DNA of 57,050 nucleotides from an uncultured Candidatus Poseidoniales archaeon (GTDB lineage Archaea > Thermoplasmatota > Poseidoniia > Poseidoniales > Thalassarchaeaceae). Location: assembly GCA_963990035.1 (NCBI GenBank), contig CAXDMJ010000005.1:1-57050 (forward strand), given 5' to 3'. Below are positions 46,856-56,192 of this stretch, one piece after another. The notes beneath the pieces were generated by a model that was given only the letters and a program-made list of their open reading frames with translations, was not told the DNA's origin and ran no database searches. Each line of letters opens with the position of its first letter. Positions within the stretch are counted from its first letter, which is position 1. Position numbers and translations under genes: made by a program.

Positions 46856-48634
46856 TTATTCAAGATAGAAGTATTCGCCAGCTACTTTTTGTTCTCTATC
46901 TTTACGACTATCTGGTTTATTTATACGTGGTCTATGAGATTCATGGTCTCTTCTAAATGTGACATTTACATCTTTCAAAAATTTATTCATACCTTTACGC
47001 AGAGTTAGAGGTCCTACTGCATTTCCATGCTTCCCTCCCTCACCATCAAAAACTAGCAATGAGTCACTCACTATGTCAATGAAGTAAATGTCATGATCAA
47101 TTACCATAGCTGCTTTCTCATTACTTTCCATTGTTCTTCTAATTGCCTTGGCTGCTTCCATTCTTGCATTCGCATCAAGATGTGCACTAGGTTCATCAAG
47201 TAGATACAAATCTGCTTCTCTCCCTAGGCAAATAACTATACTAACTGCTTGTAATTCTCCTCCTGAAAGTTTTTTAGCCTTTAGTTCTAGTAATTGATCA
47301 ACTTGTAATGGCCTTACTACTTGAGTATGGAATTCCCCAGTTCTCCATTTATTCCCTAATTCCGTATTCAACCAATCTTCCACACTTCCTTCAAAATCAG
47401 TATGGACATGTTGAGGTTTATACGATACTTTTGCATCCATTGTACACCATCCTTGATCAGGTTCTATTTCACCTGCTATCATCTTAACCATGGTAGTTTT
47501 TCCTGTAGCATTAGGTCCAACAACACCTACAACTTCAGCACTTCTAACCATGCCTTCACCAGTTTTAAGTTTGAATGTTCCAAGAGTTTTTTCCATATCT
47601 CCCCACTTTAAGATTGGTAAACCAACTCCTTCACCTCTAACTCTTCCTCTCAAAAATTGTATTGGTTTATCTCTTATCCTTACATTTTCTTCGGGTAAGA
47701 AACCTTCTAGATATGCGTTAATTGCACTTCGGGTAGATCTTGCAGGAGTAAATATTCCAAATGCTGCACGTTCTCCATAGACTACATGAAGTAAATCACA
47801 GAGGACATCCAGTATTGCTAAGTCGTGTTCAACAACAATCACTCTTTTACCCATTTCAGCTAAGTCTTGAATGATTTTCACCATTCTCATACGTTCATGA
47901 ATATCTAGGTAAGATGATGGTTCATCGAAGAAGTATACCTCTGCTTCTTTCAACATAGTTGCACAGATTGCAACTCTTTGTAATTCTCCTCCTGATAACT
48001 GACCTATATTCCGATCTAATATATGATTAATAGCTAATAATTCTGCATATTCATCCAGTTCTCCCCTATCATCGACTCTTTCAAGTAATTCTCGTGCTTT
48101 ACCATCAAATATCTTAGGTAATTTATCAATATATTGTGGCTTTACTGCAATACTAACCTTATCATCTGCAACTAATTTCAGATAATCTCTTAATTCTCCT
48201 CTAGGAAATGATTCAATTATATCATCCCATTCTGCAGAATTAATTGTCCAGTCTCCTAGGTTCGGTTGTATAGATCCTGAAAGGAGATTTATTGCAGTAG
48301 ATTTCCCCATGCCATTTGGTCCTAATATACCAACAACTTGTTTTTCCCTTGGTGCTGGTAATCTGAAAAGTCTAAATCCATTCTGTCCATATCTATGAGT
48401 CATCTCACCTTCTAATTCTTCAGGTAAATTTGTAATTATTAAAGCATCAAAAGGACATTTTGTAATACATATACCACACCCTATACACAAAGGCTCTGAA
48501 ACAATTGGTTTTCCACTTGAATCATCGAGAATAATACATTCGATTCCATTCCGGACAGGTGGACAAAATGCCCAACATTCTGCATTACATTTCTCAGGGC
48601 TACACCTGTCTTCCAGAAGGACAGCCACTCTCAT
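46856..48634 (-). CDS. rli: Ribosome recycling ATPase ABCE1/RLI
   Basis: N-terminal Fe-S CSPEKCNAECWAFCP and CIGCGICITKCP; two ABC cassettes (GPNGMGKST, LSGGELQ twice). Confidence 0.97.
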   Translation of the reverse strand: MRVAVLLEDRCSPEKCNAECWAFCPPVRNGIECIILDDSSGKPIVSEPLCIGCGICITKCPFDALIITNLPEELEGEMTHRYGQNGFRLFRLPAPREKQVVGILGPNGMGKSTAINLLSGSIQPNLGDWTINSAEWDDIIESFPRGELRDYLKLVADDKVSIAVKPQYIDKLPKIFDGKARELLERVDDRGELDEYAELLAINHILDRNIGQLSGGELQRVAICATMLKEAEVYFFDEPSSYLDIHERMRMVKIIQDLAEMGKRVIVVEHDLAILDVLCDLLHVVYGERAAFGIFTPARSTRSAINAYLEGFLPEENVRIRDKPIQFLRGRVRGEGVGLPILKWGDMEKTLGTFKLKTGEGMVRSAEVVGVVGPNATGKTTMVKMIAGEIEPDQGWCTMDAKVSYKPQHVHTDFEGSVEDWLNTELGNKWRTGEFHTQVVRPLQVDQLLELKAKKLSGGELQAVSIVICLGREADLYLLDEPSAHLDANARMEAAKAIRRTMESNEKAAMVIDHDIYFIDIVSDSLLVFDGEGGKHGNAVGPLTLRKGMNKFLKDVNVTFRRDHESHRPRINKPDSRKDREQKVAGEYFYLE

Positions 48635-48702
48635 AATATCATCTCCCTAGTATTTTACTCAATATGTCTTCTATTATATAGGCGAATTTAAGCTGATTTC
48701 AA

Positions 48703-49953
48703 TCAAACTGCGAAGAAACGAAATCTCACATAGATATATGCTGCCAAGCCAATTTTTTCTGTTTTTGACAATTGAGTTCTTTCAGAGAAAACGTCCCCGT
48801 CATTTTTCTCAATTTTCTTCATAATAGAATGATAAAATGTAGTCATTGCAGCAGGAGAATATCTACTTGATTTGTCAAGAAGTGGGAATAATTTCATTCC
48901 TCTTTCACGATATTTATCTGCCCGTGAAATGAATTCTGAAACAAATGGTTTCCACCCTGGATGCTTCAAGATTTCTTTGCCATTTCTTAAATCATCTTCA
49001 GAAATTCCGTATCTAGCAAGATCTTCTATTGGTAGATATATTCGATCACGTTCGATATCTTCAGCAACATCCCTTAGTATATTTGTAAGCTGCATATATA
49101 TGCCCCAAGACTCAGCATATTCTATTGCTTTTTTATCGTTATATCCATATATTTCAATGCAAACAAGACCTACTGTTGATGCGACTTTGTAGCAGTATGA
49201 GTAAAGGTCTTCAAACGTATCATATCTATTACGATGGAAATCTTCCTCCATCCCACTAATCATATCATCGAGAAGTTGTCTATTTATCCCATATTTATTG
49301 ACAGTATCTTTCAAAGCAATAAATATAGGATCTGTAGATGTTAATTTCCCATATGCTGTTGATAATTTTTTCCGATAATAGAATAATTGTGACATTTTAT
49401 CATTATAAGATGATCTTTCTAATACAGGTCTTCCATCAATTAATCTTTCAATTTTTGTCCTATAATCTATTGACTCTTGATTATTCTCTGAACCCCCTGG
49501 GAAATAATCAACATAATCTCCATCTGCGATGTCATCTGCACGTCTACAAAATGCGTAATAAGCCATAATTGATTTTCTTTCTTCTTCAGGTAGATATTTG
49601 AATGAATGATAAAAATTACCCGCTTCTCTACGTGTTAATTCTTCACAATAATTGTACGCGGATTCTACTATTTCTGGAGGCATACTATTCTCCGACCAAA
49701 TTGCTGCATCGATATGGGTGAATGGATTTACAAGTTCTCCTCTTGAACCAATTACACCCATGAAAAGTGCTCCCTCTCTCAATGTTTCTAATGCAGTTAT
49801 ACTAATTGCATGAACCGCCTCTTTCGTCACATTAACTGCAGTTCTAACCTTCTCAATAGGTGGAGCATCTGAGTCAGCATCAACAAGAGTGATACTCTTG
49901 CCACGGTCATAATCAACCATAGGCTCGGACCCATTAACTTGCCCTCCCGTCAT
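48703..49953 (-). CDS. Phytoene/squalene synthase family, CrtB/HpnD-like, with N-terminal extension
   Basis: AYNYCEELTRREAGNFY, YAFCRRADDIAD, YCYKVASTVGL, QLTNILRDVAED..RDRIYLP. Confidence 0.88.
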   Translation of the reverse strand: MTGGQVNGSEPMVDYDRGKSITLVDADSDAPPIEKVRTAVNVTKEAVHAISITALETLREGALFMGVIGSRGELVNPFTHIDAAIWSENSMPPEIVESAYNYCEELTRREAGNFYHSFKYLPEEERKSIMAYYAFCRRADDIADGDYVDYFPGGSENNQESIDYRTKIERLIDGRPVLERSSYNDKMSQLFYYRKKLSTAYGKLTSTDPIFIALKDTVNKYGINRQLLDDMISGMEEDFHRNRYDTFEDLYSYCYKVASTVGLVCIEIYGYNDKKAIEYAESWGIYMQLTNILRDVAEDIERDRIYLPIEDLARYGISEDDLRNGKEILKHPGWKPFVSEFISRADKYRERGMKLFPLLDKSSRYSPAAMTTFYHSIMKKIEKNDGDVFSERTQLSKTEKIGLAAYIYVRFRFFAV

Positions 49954-50027
49954 ACTACTTCGACATCAAGCCCAATTGATTCGTTCTTGAACCCCCCGCT
50001 ATATTGGGTAATGTATAACTCTACGAT

Positions 50028-51083
50028 TTAATTGATATTAATCATTTTTTTTGGATTCTTACGGGTTAAACATAATAAAATAGATTTCTTCATTATTTTC
50101 TTTATTTCAGGTCTTAAAACTTTAATTCTTTTATCCGGGTCTAGAATATTTCCTTCTTTCAATAAAATTAATGTTCTTTGTCCTATTAATACTGGCAGCA
50201 TACAAGATAATCTGAGTCGATATTGGTTTTTTGGCAACATTTCAATATATTCTACTGCATTATCTAGGTAAGAACTAGCAATCTGAATATAATGTTTGAA
50301 TAACGGAGTAAATGTGTCTATATTTTCCTTATCTAACAAATCCTCAGGTGTCAGATTATATTCTGAGAGTTTACTCCTAGGTAAATAGCACCTACCCATC
50401 TGTAAATCTTGAGGCAAATCTCTTAAAATATTTATTAATTGTAAAGATTTACCGAAATTTACTGCTTTTTCAAAAATTACTTTCTTTTCTTCCTCTTCCA
50501 TTTTGAAAAGATGATCTAATGACATATGTGTCCAAAATTCACCTACACAACCCGCTACTCTATATGTATAATCATCTAGTTGTTCTTCATTATCTAATGA
50601 AACTATTTGTTCCCCTGATGCATCAGTAAATCTCTCTAAATCGAGAGACTGTCCTCCAATGATTATATCTAAACAAGTTCTTATTTTCTCCTTGTCTAAA
50701 TCAGTGAAATTATTTGATTTTTCAAAATAATTAACTGGTATTTCTGCATCATATAGTAACTCTGCTTCAGACTTATTTTCTTGAATAATTGCTAGTTCTT
50801 TAAAATCGGGTAATTTTTGATTTGCATTTTGAATTCTAATATTATATTCTCTAAGTAATTGAAGTAATTGTTTATTATCTCCTACTGTGGAATCCGCAAT
50901 TGTATCTGCTAGACGTGCTAACAAATAGGTCAGACCAATATGTCTACGTATTTTTTTGGGTAGAACTTTAAGACTTAAAAAAAATGATCTAGAAGTTCCC
51001 TCAAGTAATGTATCAATCCTTTTTTCAGACATACGAACCTCTAGTGCGCCGTCTTCCATGGACTTTGAGGGAATGTCTGGCAT
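50028..51083 (-). CDS. Squalene synthase-like (FdfT/SQS-type) isoprenoid synthase
   Basis: TSRSFFLSL, YLLARLADTIAD, YTYRVAGCVGEFWT, LQLINILRDLPQD...GRCYLP. Confidence 0.88.
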   Translation of the reverse strand: MPDIPSKSMEDGALEVRMSEKRIDTLLEGTSRSFFLSLKVLPKKIRRHIGLTYLLARLADTIADSTVGDNKQLLQLLREYNIRIQNANQKLPDFKELAIIQENKSEAELLYDAEIPVNYFEKSNNFTDLDKEKIRTCLDIIIGGQSLDLERFTDASGEQIVSLDNEEQLDDYTYRVAGCVGEFWTHMSLDHLFKMEEEEKKVIFEKAVNFGKSLQLINILRDLPQDLQMGRCYLPRSKLSEYNLTPEDLLDKENIDTFTPLFKHYIQIASSYLDNAVEYIEMLPKNQYRLRLSCMLPVLIGQRTLILLKEGNILDPDKRIKVLRPEIKKIMKKSILLCLTRKNPKKMININ

Positions 51084-51104
51084 CTAAGACTCTCGCTTAC
51101 TAGT

Positions 51105-52025
51105 TTATCTTAGTCCAGCTTCTTTTAATGCTTTCACTAATACATTTCCTATTTCTGAAGGGTCTCTGGCAACATAAATTCCTGCTGCTTCGAAAGCAGC
51201 GAATTTCTCTTGAGCTGTGCCCTTTCCACCTGAAATTATCGCTCCAGCATGTCCCATTCTTTTGCCCGGTGGTGCTGTTGATCCTGCTACAAACCCTACT
51301 ATCGGTTTACTCATATTCTTTGATGCCCATTCTGCTGCCTCCTCTTCTGCAGATCCGCCAATTTCACCTATCATTACTATTGCCTCAGTTTGTGGGTCGG
51401 CCTCGAAAGCAGCAAGGCAATCAATAAATCCTGTTCCATTTACGGGATCTCCTCCGATGCCAACGCATGTTGACTGTCCTTCATCAACACTCATTGTTTG
51501 TGCAACAGCTTCGTAAGTTAAAGTTCCAGATTTTGAAACAATTCCAATTCTTCCTTTTGCATGTATGAATCCAGGCATTATTCCTACCTTACACCCACCA
51601 TTCTCACCAGGTGTTATTATTCCTGGACAATTTGGTCCAATTAATCTTACATTTTGATATTGGTCTACTCGTGCAACTGCTCTAATCATATCTAATATCG
51701 GAATTCCTTCAGTAATGCAGACAATTATTCCGCCACCGTTCTGTTCAAAAGCGTCTGCGGCTTCAATAATAGCGGCAGCAGCAAATTTTGCTGGAACATA
51801 TATCACACTCACATCAGCATTAGTTGCATCCAATCCCTCTGATACTGAATTAAATACAGGGACATTCTTATTTGGTAACTCTACAATTTGTCCACCTTTT
51901 CCAGGCGTTACTCCTCCTACTACGTTTGTTTTATATTCGTCCATCATTGTTCCATGGAATGTACCTTGTTTACCAGTTATTCCTTGAATTAGGACTTTAC
52001 TTTCTTCATGAATCCAAATCGACAT
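51105..52025 (-). CDS. sucD: Succinyl-CoA synthetase alpha subunit
   Basis: [46 protein letters not shown]. Confidence 0.97.
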   Translation of the reverse strand: MSIWIHEESKVLIQGITGKQGTFHGTMMDEYKTNVVGGVTPGKGGQIVELPNKNVPVFNSVSEGLDATNADVSVIYVPAKFAAAAIIEAADAFEQNGGGIIVCITEGIPILDMIRAVARVDQYQNVRLIGPNCPGIITPGENGGCKVGIMPGFIHAKGRIGIVSKSGTLTYEAVAQTMSVDEGQSTCVGIGGDPVNGTGFIDCLAAFEADPQTEAIVMIGEIGGSAEEEAAEWASKNMSKPIVGFVAGSTAPPGKRMGHAGAIISGGKGTAQEKFAAFEAAGIYVARDPSEIGNVLVKALKEAGLR

Positions 52026-53233
52026 TATTTCTCACCTCTAGTTAATTGAACAATCTTTTCGGCACCTTCAGCCAAAGTACTAACTGTATGTACATTCAAA
52101 TTACAATTATCTAGGACTGCTTTACCTTCTACATGATTAGTTCCTGAAAATCTTACTACTAATGGTACTTCTAATCCAAGTTCATTTGATGCTTCAATGA
52201 CGCTTCTTGCAACCATATCACATTGAATAATTCCTCCAAATATATTTACTAGAATCCCTTCGACATTATCATCTTCAAGAATTATTCCAAAGGCGGTAGT
52301 TATCGATTCTCTTGTAGCACCTCCCCCAATATCAAGGAAATTTGCTGGTTCACCTCCATATAATTTTATTACATCCATGGATGCCATTGCTAAACCAGCA
52401 CCATTTACTAAGCAACCAATATTCCCATCTAATTTGACATAAGATAGCCCGTGTTCATGGGCACGAATTTCAACTTCTTCTTCCTCCGAATGATCCCGCA
52501 TTTCATCCATCCATGGATGCCTATATGACGCATTATCATCGAAACTAACCTTTGCATCCAGTGCAATCATTTCTCCTGAGTTTGAACGTACAAGAGGGTT
52601 AATCTCTATCATTGCACAATCTTTTTCTACAAACATTCTTGATAATGATGAAAGCATTGACACTAAGTCTTTCTTTGATTCACCAACTAGTCCTAGTTGA
52701 TTTGCCATATTTTCAGCATCTTTTATGTCTAGGCCGTTAACCGGATGAGTCCAAATTTTGTATATTGCTTCTGGCGTATTTTCGGCTACTTCCTCAATAT
52801 CTACTCCACCTTCTTTTGAAGCCATGATGAGGACTGATTTTGCCTCTCTATCAACTAGAAGGGCAAGATAATATTCATGTGCTATGGAACATCCTGCTTC
52901 TATGTATAAGTTGTTCACAATTTTCCCCTCAGGTCCTGTTTGTTTAGTTACAAGATTTCTATTGATTATGTTACTTGCATAAGTCTCAACTTCATCTCTG
53001 GAGAAAGCTATTTTCACTCCTCCTTCCATAACTAAGTTTCCAGTTTTTGTGTCATAAAGATTACCTTTACCACGCCCTCCTGCGTGAATTTGTGACTTTA
53101 CTGCAACTACTTTAGACCCTAAGTTATCATATGCAGATAACGCATCACTTACTGTTTTACAGTGTATTCCATCTTGTACTTTTACACCTGCTTCTTTGAA
53201 CAGGATTTTCCCTTGATACTCGTGAATATTCAT
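52025..53233 (-). CDS. sucC: Succinyl-CoA synthetase beta subunit
   Basis: [48 protein letters not shown]. Confidence 0.97.
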   Translation of the reverse strand: MNIHEYQGKILFKEAGVKVQDGIHCKTVSDALSAYDNLGSKVVAVKSQIHAGGRGKGNLYDTKTGNLVMEGGVKIAFSRDEVETYASNIINRNLVTKQTGPEGKIVNNLYIEAGCSIAHEYYLALLVDREAKSVLIMASKEGGVDIEEVAENTPEAIYKIWTHPVNGLDIKDAENMANQLGLVGESKKDLVSMLSSLSRMFVEKDCAMIEINPLVRSNSGEMIALDAKVSFDDNASYRHPWMDEMRDHSEEEEVEIRAHEHGLSYVKLDGNIGCLVNGAGLAMASMDVIKLYGGEPANFLDIGGGATRESITTAFGIILEDDNVEGILVNIFGGIIQCDMVARSVIEASNELGLEVPLVVRFSGTNHVEGKAVLDNCNLNVHTVSTLAEGAEKIVQLTRGEK

Positions 53234-53337
53234 CTCTATCGTGTCTCCGAACCGAACTCGCTCTTTGAACGATGCGCTGATACAAGTTCAAATCATAGAC
53301 ACGAAGTGCTGAAATCAATTGTCATATCCGACAGGGC

Positions 53338-54300
53338 ATGGACGTTGTAGTTCTTGCAGGTGGTTTTGGTACTAGGTTGAGGCCTTGGACCGATGGGAGA
53401 GCGAAACCATTGCTACCAGTCTTAGATAAAACTCTTCTAGAAAGGGTTGTTGAATGCGTTCCTCCTAAACTTATTGACAAAGTTATAATTGCAGCCGGTT
53501 ACAGTATAAATGAAATGCAGGATTTTTTTAATACATCTGATCTTCCTTATGAGGTTGTAATATCTGTTGAAGATGAACCATTAGGCACGGGGGGGGCAAT
53601 CGCTAAATCTCTAGAACATCTCACTAGTGATGGCCCCATACTAATATTAAATGGCGATTTAGTTTCAAGTGTAGATGTACTGGAATTACTAAATCATCAT
53701 CAAGAAAAAAAGGCTAAAGTTACACTTTCACTCTGGCATGTTGATGACCCAAGTAGATTTGGCGTATGTGGTTTAGAAAGTTCAGGAATGATTACCAAAT
53801 TTCAAGAAAAGCCTGCACCTGGTACTGAGTTCTCAAATCTCATAAATGCCGGATGTTACTTAGTAGAAAGAGAAGTTCTTGAGTCCCTTTCTAAAGAAAG
53901 GCATAGTATGGAAAGAGAAGTGTTTCCTGTTATCGCAAATAAAGGCAATATGGCCGGCTTAGAGTTCAAAGGCTATTTCGTTGATGCAGGTACTCCTTCA
54001 TCATTTCTTGATGCAACAAAAGTCTGTATATCTAATAATAGGTATTCTGTTGGAGTTGTTGATGGAGATAATTGGTATTCAGACACAAATTTCAGTACAA
54101 ATTCTTCTATTAAAGGGACATCTGTCTCTAGCGGTGTATCAATAGGTGAAAACTCTAAAGTTGTTGATTGTGTAATTTTATCAGATGCTAAAATCGGAGA
54201 TAATTGCACCTTATATCGCTGCTTAATTGGAGAATCCTCAATTATTTCTGATAATTGTGAAATTTCTGACAGAGTCATAGGACATGGCGAAATTGTTTAA
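53338..54300 (+). CDS. NDP-sugar pyrophosphorylase (mannose-1-phosphate guanylyltransferase-like) with left-handed beta-helix C-terminus
   Basis: LAGGFGTRLRP, KPLLPV, EPLGTGG, LNGD, FQEKP, INAGCY. Confidence 0.88.
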   Translation: MDVVVLAGGFGTRLRPWTDGRAKPLLPVLDKTLLERVVECVPPKLIDKVIIAAGYSINEMQDFFNTSDLPYEVVISVEDEPLGTGGAIAKSLEHLTSDGPILILNGDLVSSVDVLELLNHHQEKKAKVTLSLWHVDDPSRFGVCGLESSGMITKFQEKPAPGTEFSNLINAGCYLVEREVLESLSKERHSMEREVFPVIANKGNMAGLEFKGYFVDAGTPSSFLDATKVCISNNRYSVGVVDGDNWYSDTNFSTNSSIKGTSVSSGVSIGENSKVVDCVILSDAKIGDNCTLYRCLIGESSIISDNCEISDRVIGHGEIV

Positions 54301-54327
54301 TTCATCCGTCATTATCATATCAGTTTA

Positions 54328-55005
54328 ATGTCTCGGGTATTCATGAGAGAACAACTCGTAGTTGTAAATTTCAAAACATATGAGACTGCTCATGGTATCG
54401 CAGCTGAAAAATTAGCACTGATAATGGAATCAATCGAAACAGAAGCAAGGATGATAGCAGTTGTTTCTGCTTTTGATTTATCTGCAGTCGTTACAGCGGC
54501 TCCTAGTCTTGAGGTATGGACTCAACATCTGGATCCAATTAATTTTGGTTCAAATACAGGTTGGTTACATCCTGAAACTGCGATTGAAAGAGGAGCAAAA
54601 GGGACTCTAATCAATCATGCTGAACATAAAGTTTCAATTGAGCATATAGCCATGTTACTCGATACTGTACCTGAAGGATTTACGGTTTGTGCATGTGCTG
54701 CAGATATAGATGAAGCCCGCGCATTATCTGCACTAATGCCAGATTATGTCGCCGTCGAACCTCCTGAATTAATTGGCGGGGATATATCTGTTACAACATC
54801 TGATCCTGAGGTAGTTAGTGGCACAGCACGAGCTATTCGCGAGATTAGTGAAGAAGTAGGTATTCTTTGCGGAGCCGGTGTAAAGAATGGGGATGATGTA
54901 ATCAAAGCCATAGAGTTAGGGACTTCAGGAGTATTATTAGCTAGCGGCGTTACTAAAGTTGAGGACGCCAGAAAGGCTCTAAACGATTTAGTGTCTAAAA
55001 TATAG
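54328..55005 (+). CDS. tpiA: Triosephosphate isomerase (archaeal short type)
   Basis: NFKTY, NHAE, AVEPPELIG, CGAG, GVLLASG. Confidence 0.96.
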   Translation: MSRVFMREQLVVVNFKTYETAHGIAAEKLALIMESIETEARMIAVVSAFDLSAVVTAAPSLEVWTQHLDPINFGSNTGWLHPETAIERGAKGTLINHAEHKVSIEHIAMLLDTVPEGFTVCACAADIDEARALSALMPDYVAVEPPELIGGDISVTTSDPEVVSGTARAIREISEEVGILCGAGVKNGDDVIKAIELGTSGVLLASGVTKVEDARKALNDLVSKI

Positions 55006-55068
55006 GTATTATTTATATAATTAAATAAGTATTATACTTCAATGAAATGTCGCTAATTAGCGAGATAA

Positions 55069-55176
55069 TCACTGTTTCGCTCTCTTTCGAGATGCTTTTC
55101 GGCGACGTAATTTCTTCTTACGCCATTTCCAGCGTTGGTTTCCTTGCTTCTTCCAGGCACGTGAACCTCGCTTCAT
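55069..55176 (-). CDS. rpl41e: Ribosomal protein eL41 (L41e), 35 aa: MKRGSRAWKKQGNQRWKWRKKKLRRRKASRKRAKQ
   Basis: Hand translation; matches the archaeal eL41 pattern KRxSxxWKKxGxxRWKWxKKxLRR. Too short for the ORF track. Confidence 0.9.
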   Translation of the reverse strand: MKRGSRAWKKQGNQRWKWRKKKLRRRKASRKRAKQ

Positions 55177-55257
55177 GCAGCCCGCCGACCTACTGCCCCT
55201 ATATGAGCGATTTGTAGAGTGAGAACAGACCTTCGTCGCTCAAGTCATTGTTTTTAG

Positions 55258-55334
55258 TGGTGGGCGATACAGGATTTGAACCCATGTCATCGGCTTAGAA
55301 GGCCGATATGATATCCAGACTACACCAATCGCCC
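55258..55334 (-). tRNA. tRNA-Arg (anticodon TCT), CCA encoded, no intron
   Basis: GGGCGAT/ATCGCCC acceptor stem; TCGGC-CTTCTAA-GCCGA anticodon arm; TTCAAAT T-loop; ends A-CCA. Confidence 0.95.
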
Positions 55335-55375
55335 TTGGGCTGTCGCGGAAGTATCTCTCTCATGAACCCTACACC

Positions 55376-56176
55376 TCAAGCATTTTCATCCAGAAGGCCA
55401 TCTACAGCATCTTCCAATACGTCTTGCATTTGATTTGCATCCTCTCCTGCACTATAATTTAGTCTCCCGTCATCCTGTATATCTGCTCTGATATCTTTCA
55501 CACTTCTCCCTATTTCTTTCGCGATTTCTTTTTTCTTATTCAAATTTTTTCTTCTTAAAGAAATTAAATTTGATATTGCAGATATACTCCGTAGTATACT
55601 TTCTAATACTGCGATTAAGAATAAACTACTGAAGAATGATGAAGCAATTTCACTGAGACTACTAAATAATGATTCAATTTCTGAAATTTGGACCTGAGCA
55701 TCACCGACTAAAAACACACCAAGGACACCAAATGGTAGCATTTTCGCGACATCTCTGGAGAGGTCTTCGGTCCAATATGATAAGATTCTAACAGCTCCAA
55801 CTACTGAAGTTGCAATCAATGCGTTCCTTGAATGATCTGCATCAGGAGAGAGTAATGTCAAAATTATTGCAAGAACAAGTGTCCAGAATGTGATAAGTAC
55901 TGGTACAATTACAACATATTGCATCACAAAAATAATTGTTCTAGCATATTTTTTTATTTTCCCACCAAAATTATCTGAATAATGTTCTAAATCTAAAGTT
56001 ATCAAATCCCTCTTAGCTAATGCTCTGTAGAAAATAAATACGAATACAGAGTAAGCTGATATTGCGATAATAGCGCCGAGTGTAGGGTATGCTTCTTCTA
56101 TTATGACACGAACTAATTCTTCTACATCTGACATGTTAGTCGGCATATCCATAGTTATTGGTGCCCCTATCGCCAT
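55376..56176 (-). CDS. Conserved hypothetical membrane protein
   Basis: About 5 TM; RILSYWTEDLSRDVAKMLPF motif. Likely start ATG 56176 (ORF track 56215 overlaps the upstream gene). Confidence 0.65.
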   Translation of the reverse strand: MAIGAPITMDMPTNMSDVEELVRVIIEEAYPTLGAIIAISAYSVFVFIFYRALAKRDLITLDLEHYSDNFGGKIKKYARTIIFVMQYVVIVPVLITFWTLVLAIILTLLSPDADHSRNALIATSVVGAVRILSYWTEDLSRDVAKMLPFGVLGVFLVGDAQVQISEIESLFSSLSEIASSFFSSLFLIAVLESILRSISAISNLISLRRKNLNKKKEIAKEIGRSVKDIRADIQDDGRLNYSAGEDANQMQDVLEDAVDGLLDENA

Positions 56177-56192
56177 AATATGATTATGTATC

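Noticed and set aside
55204-55242. TGAGCGA/TCGCTCA stem between tRNA-Arg and eL41 as an ncRNA
   Set aside because: Only 7 bp with an unstructured 25-nt loop and no C/D or H/ACA boxes; it could be a processing or termination hairpin but is unsupported.
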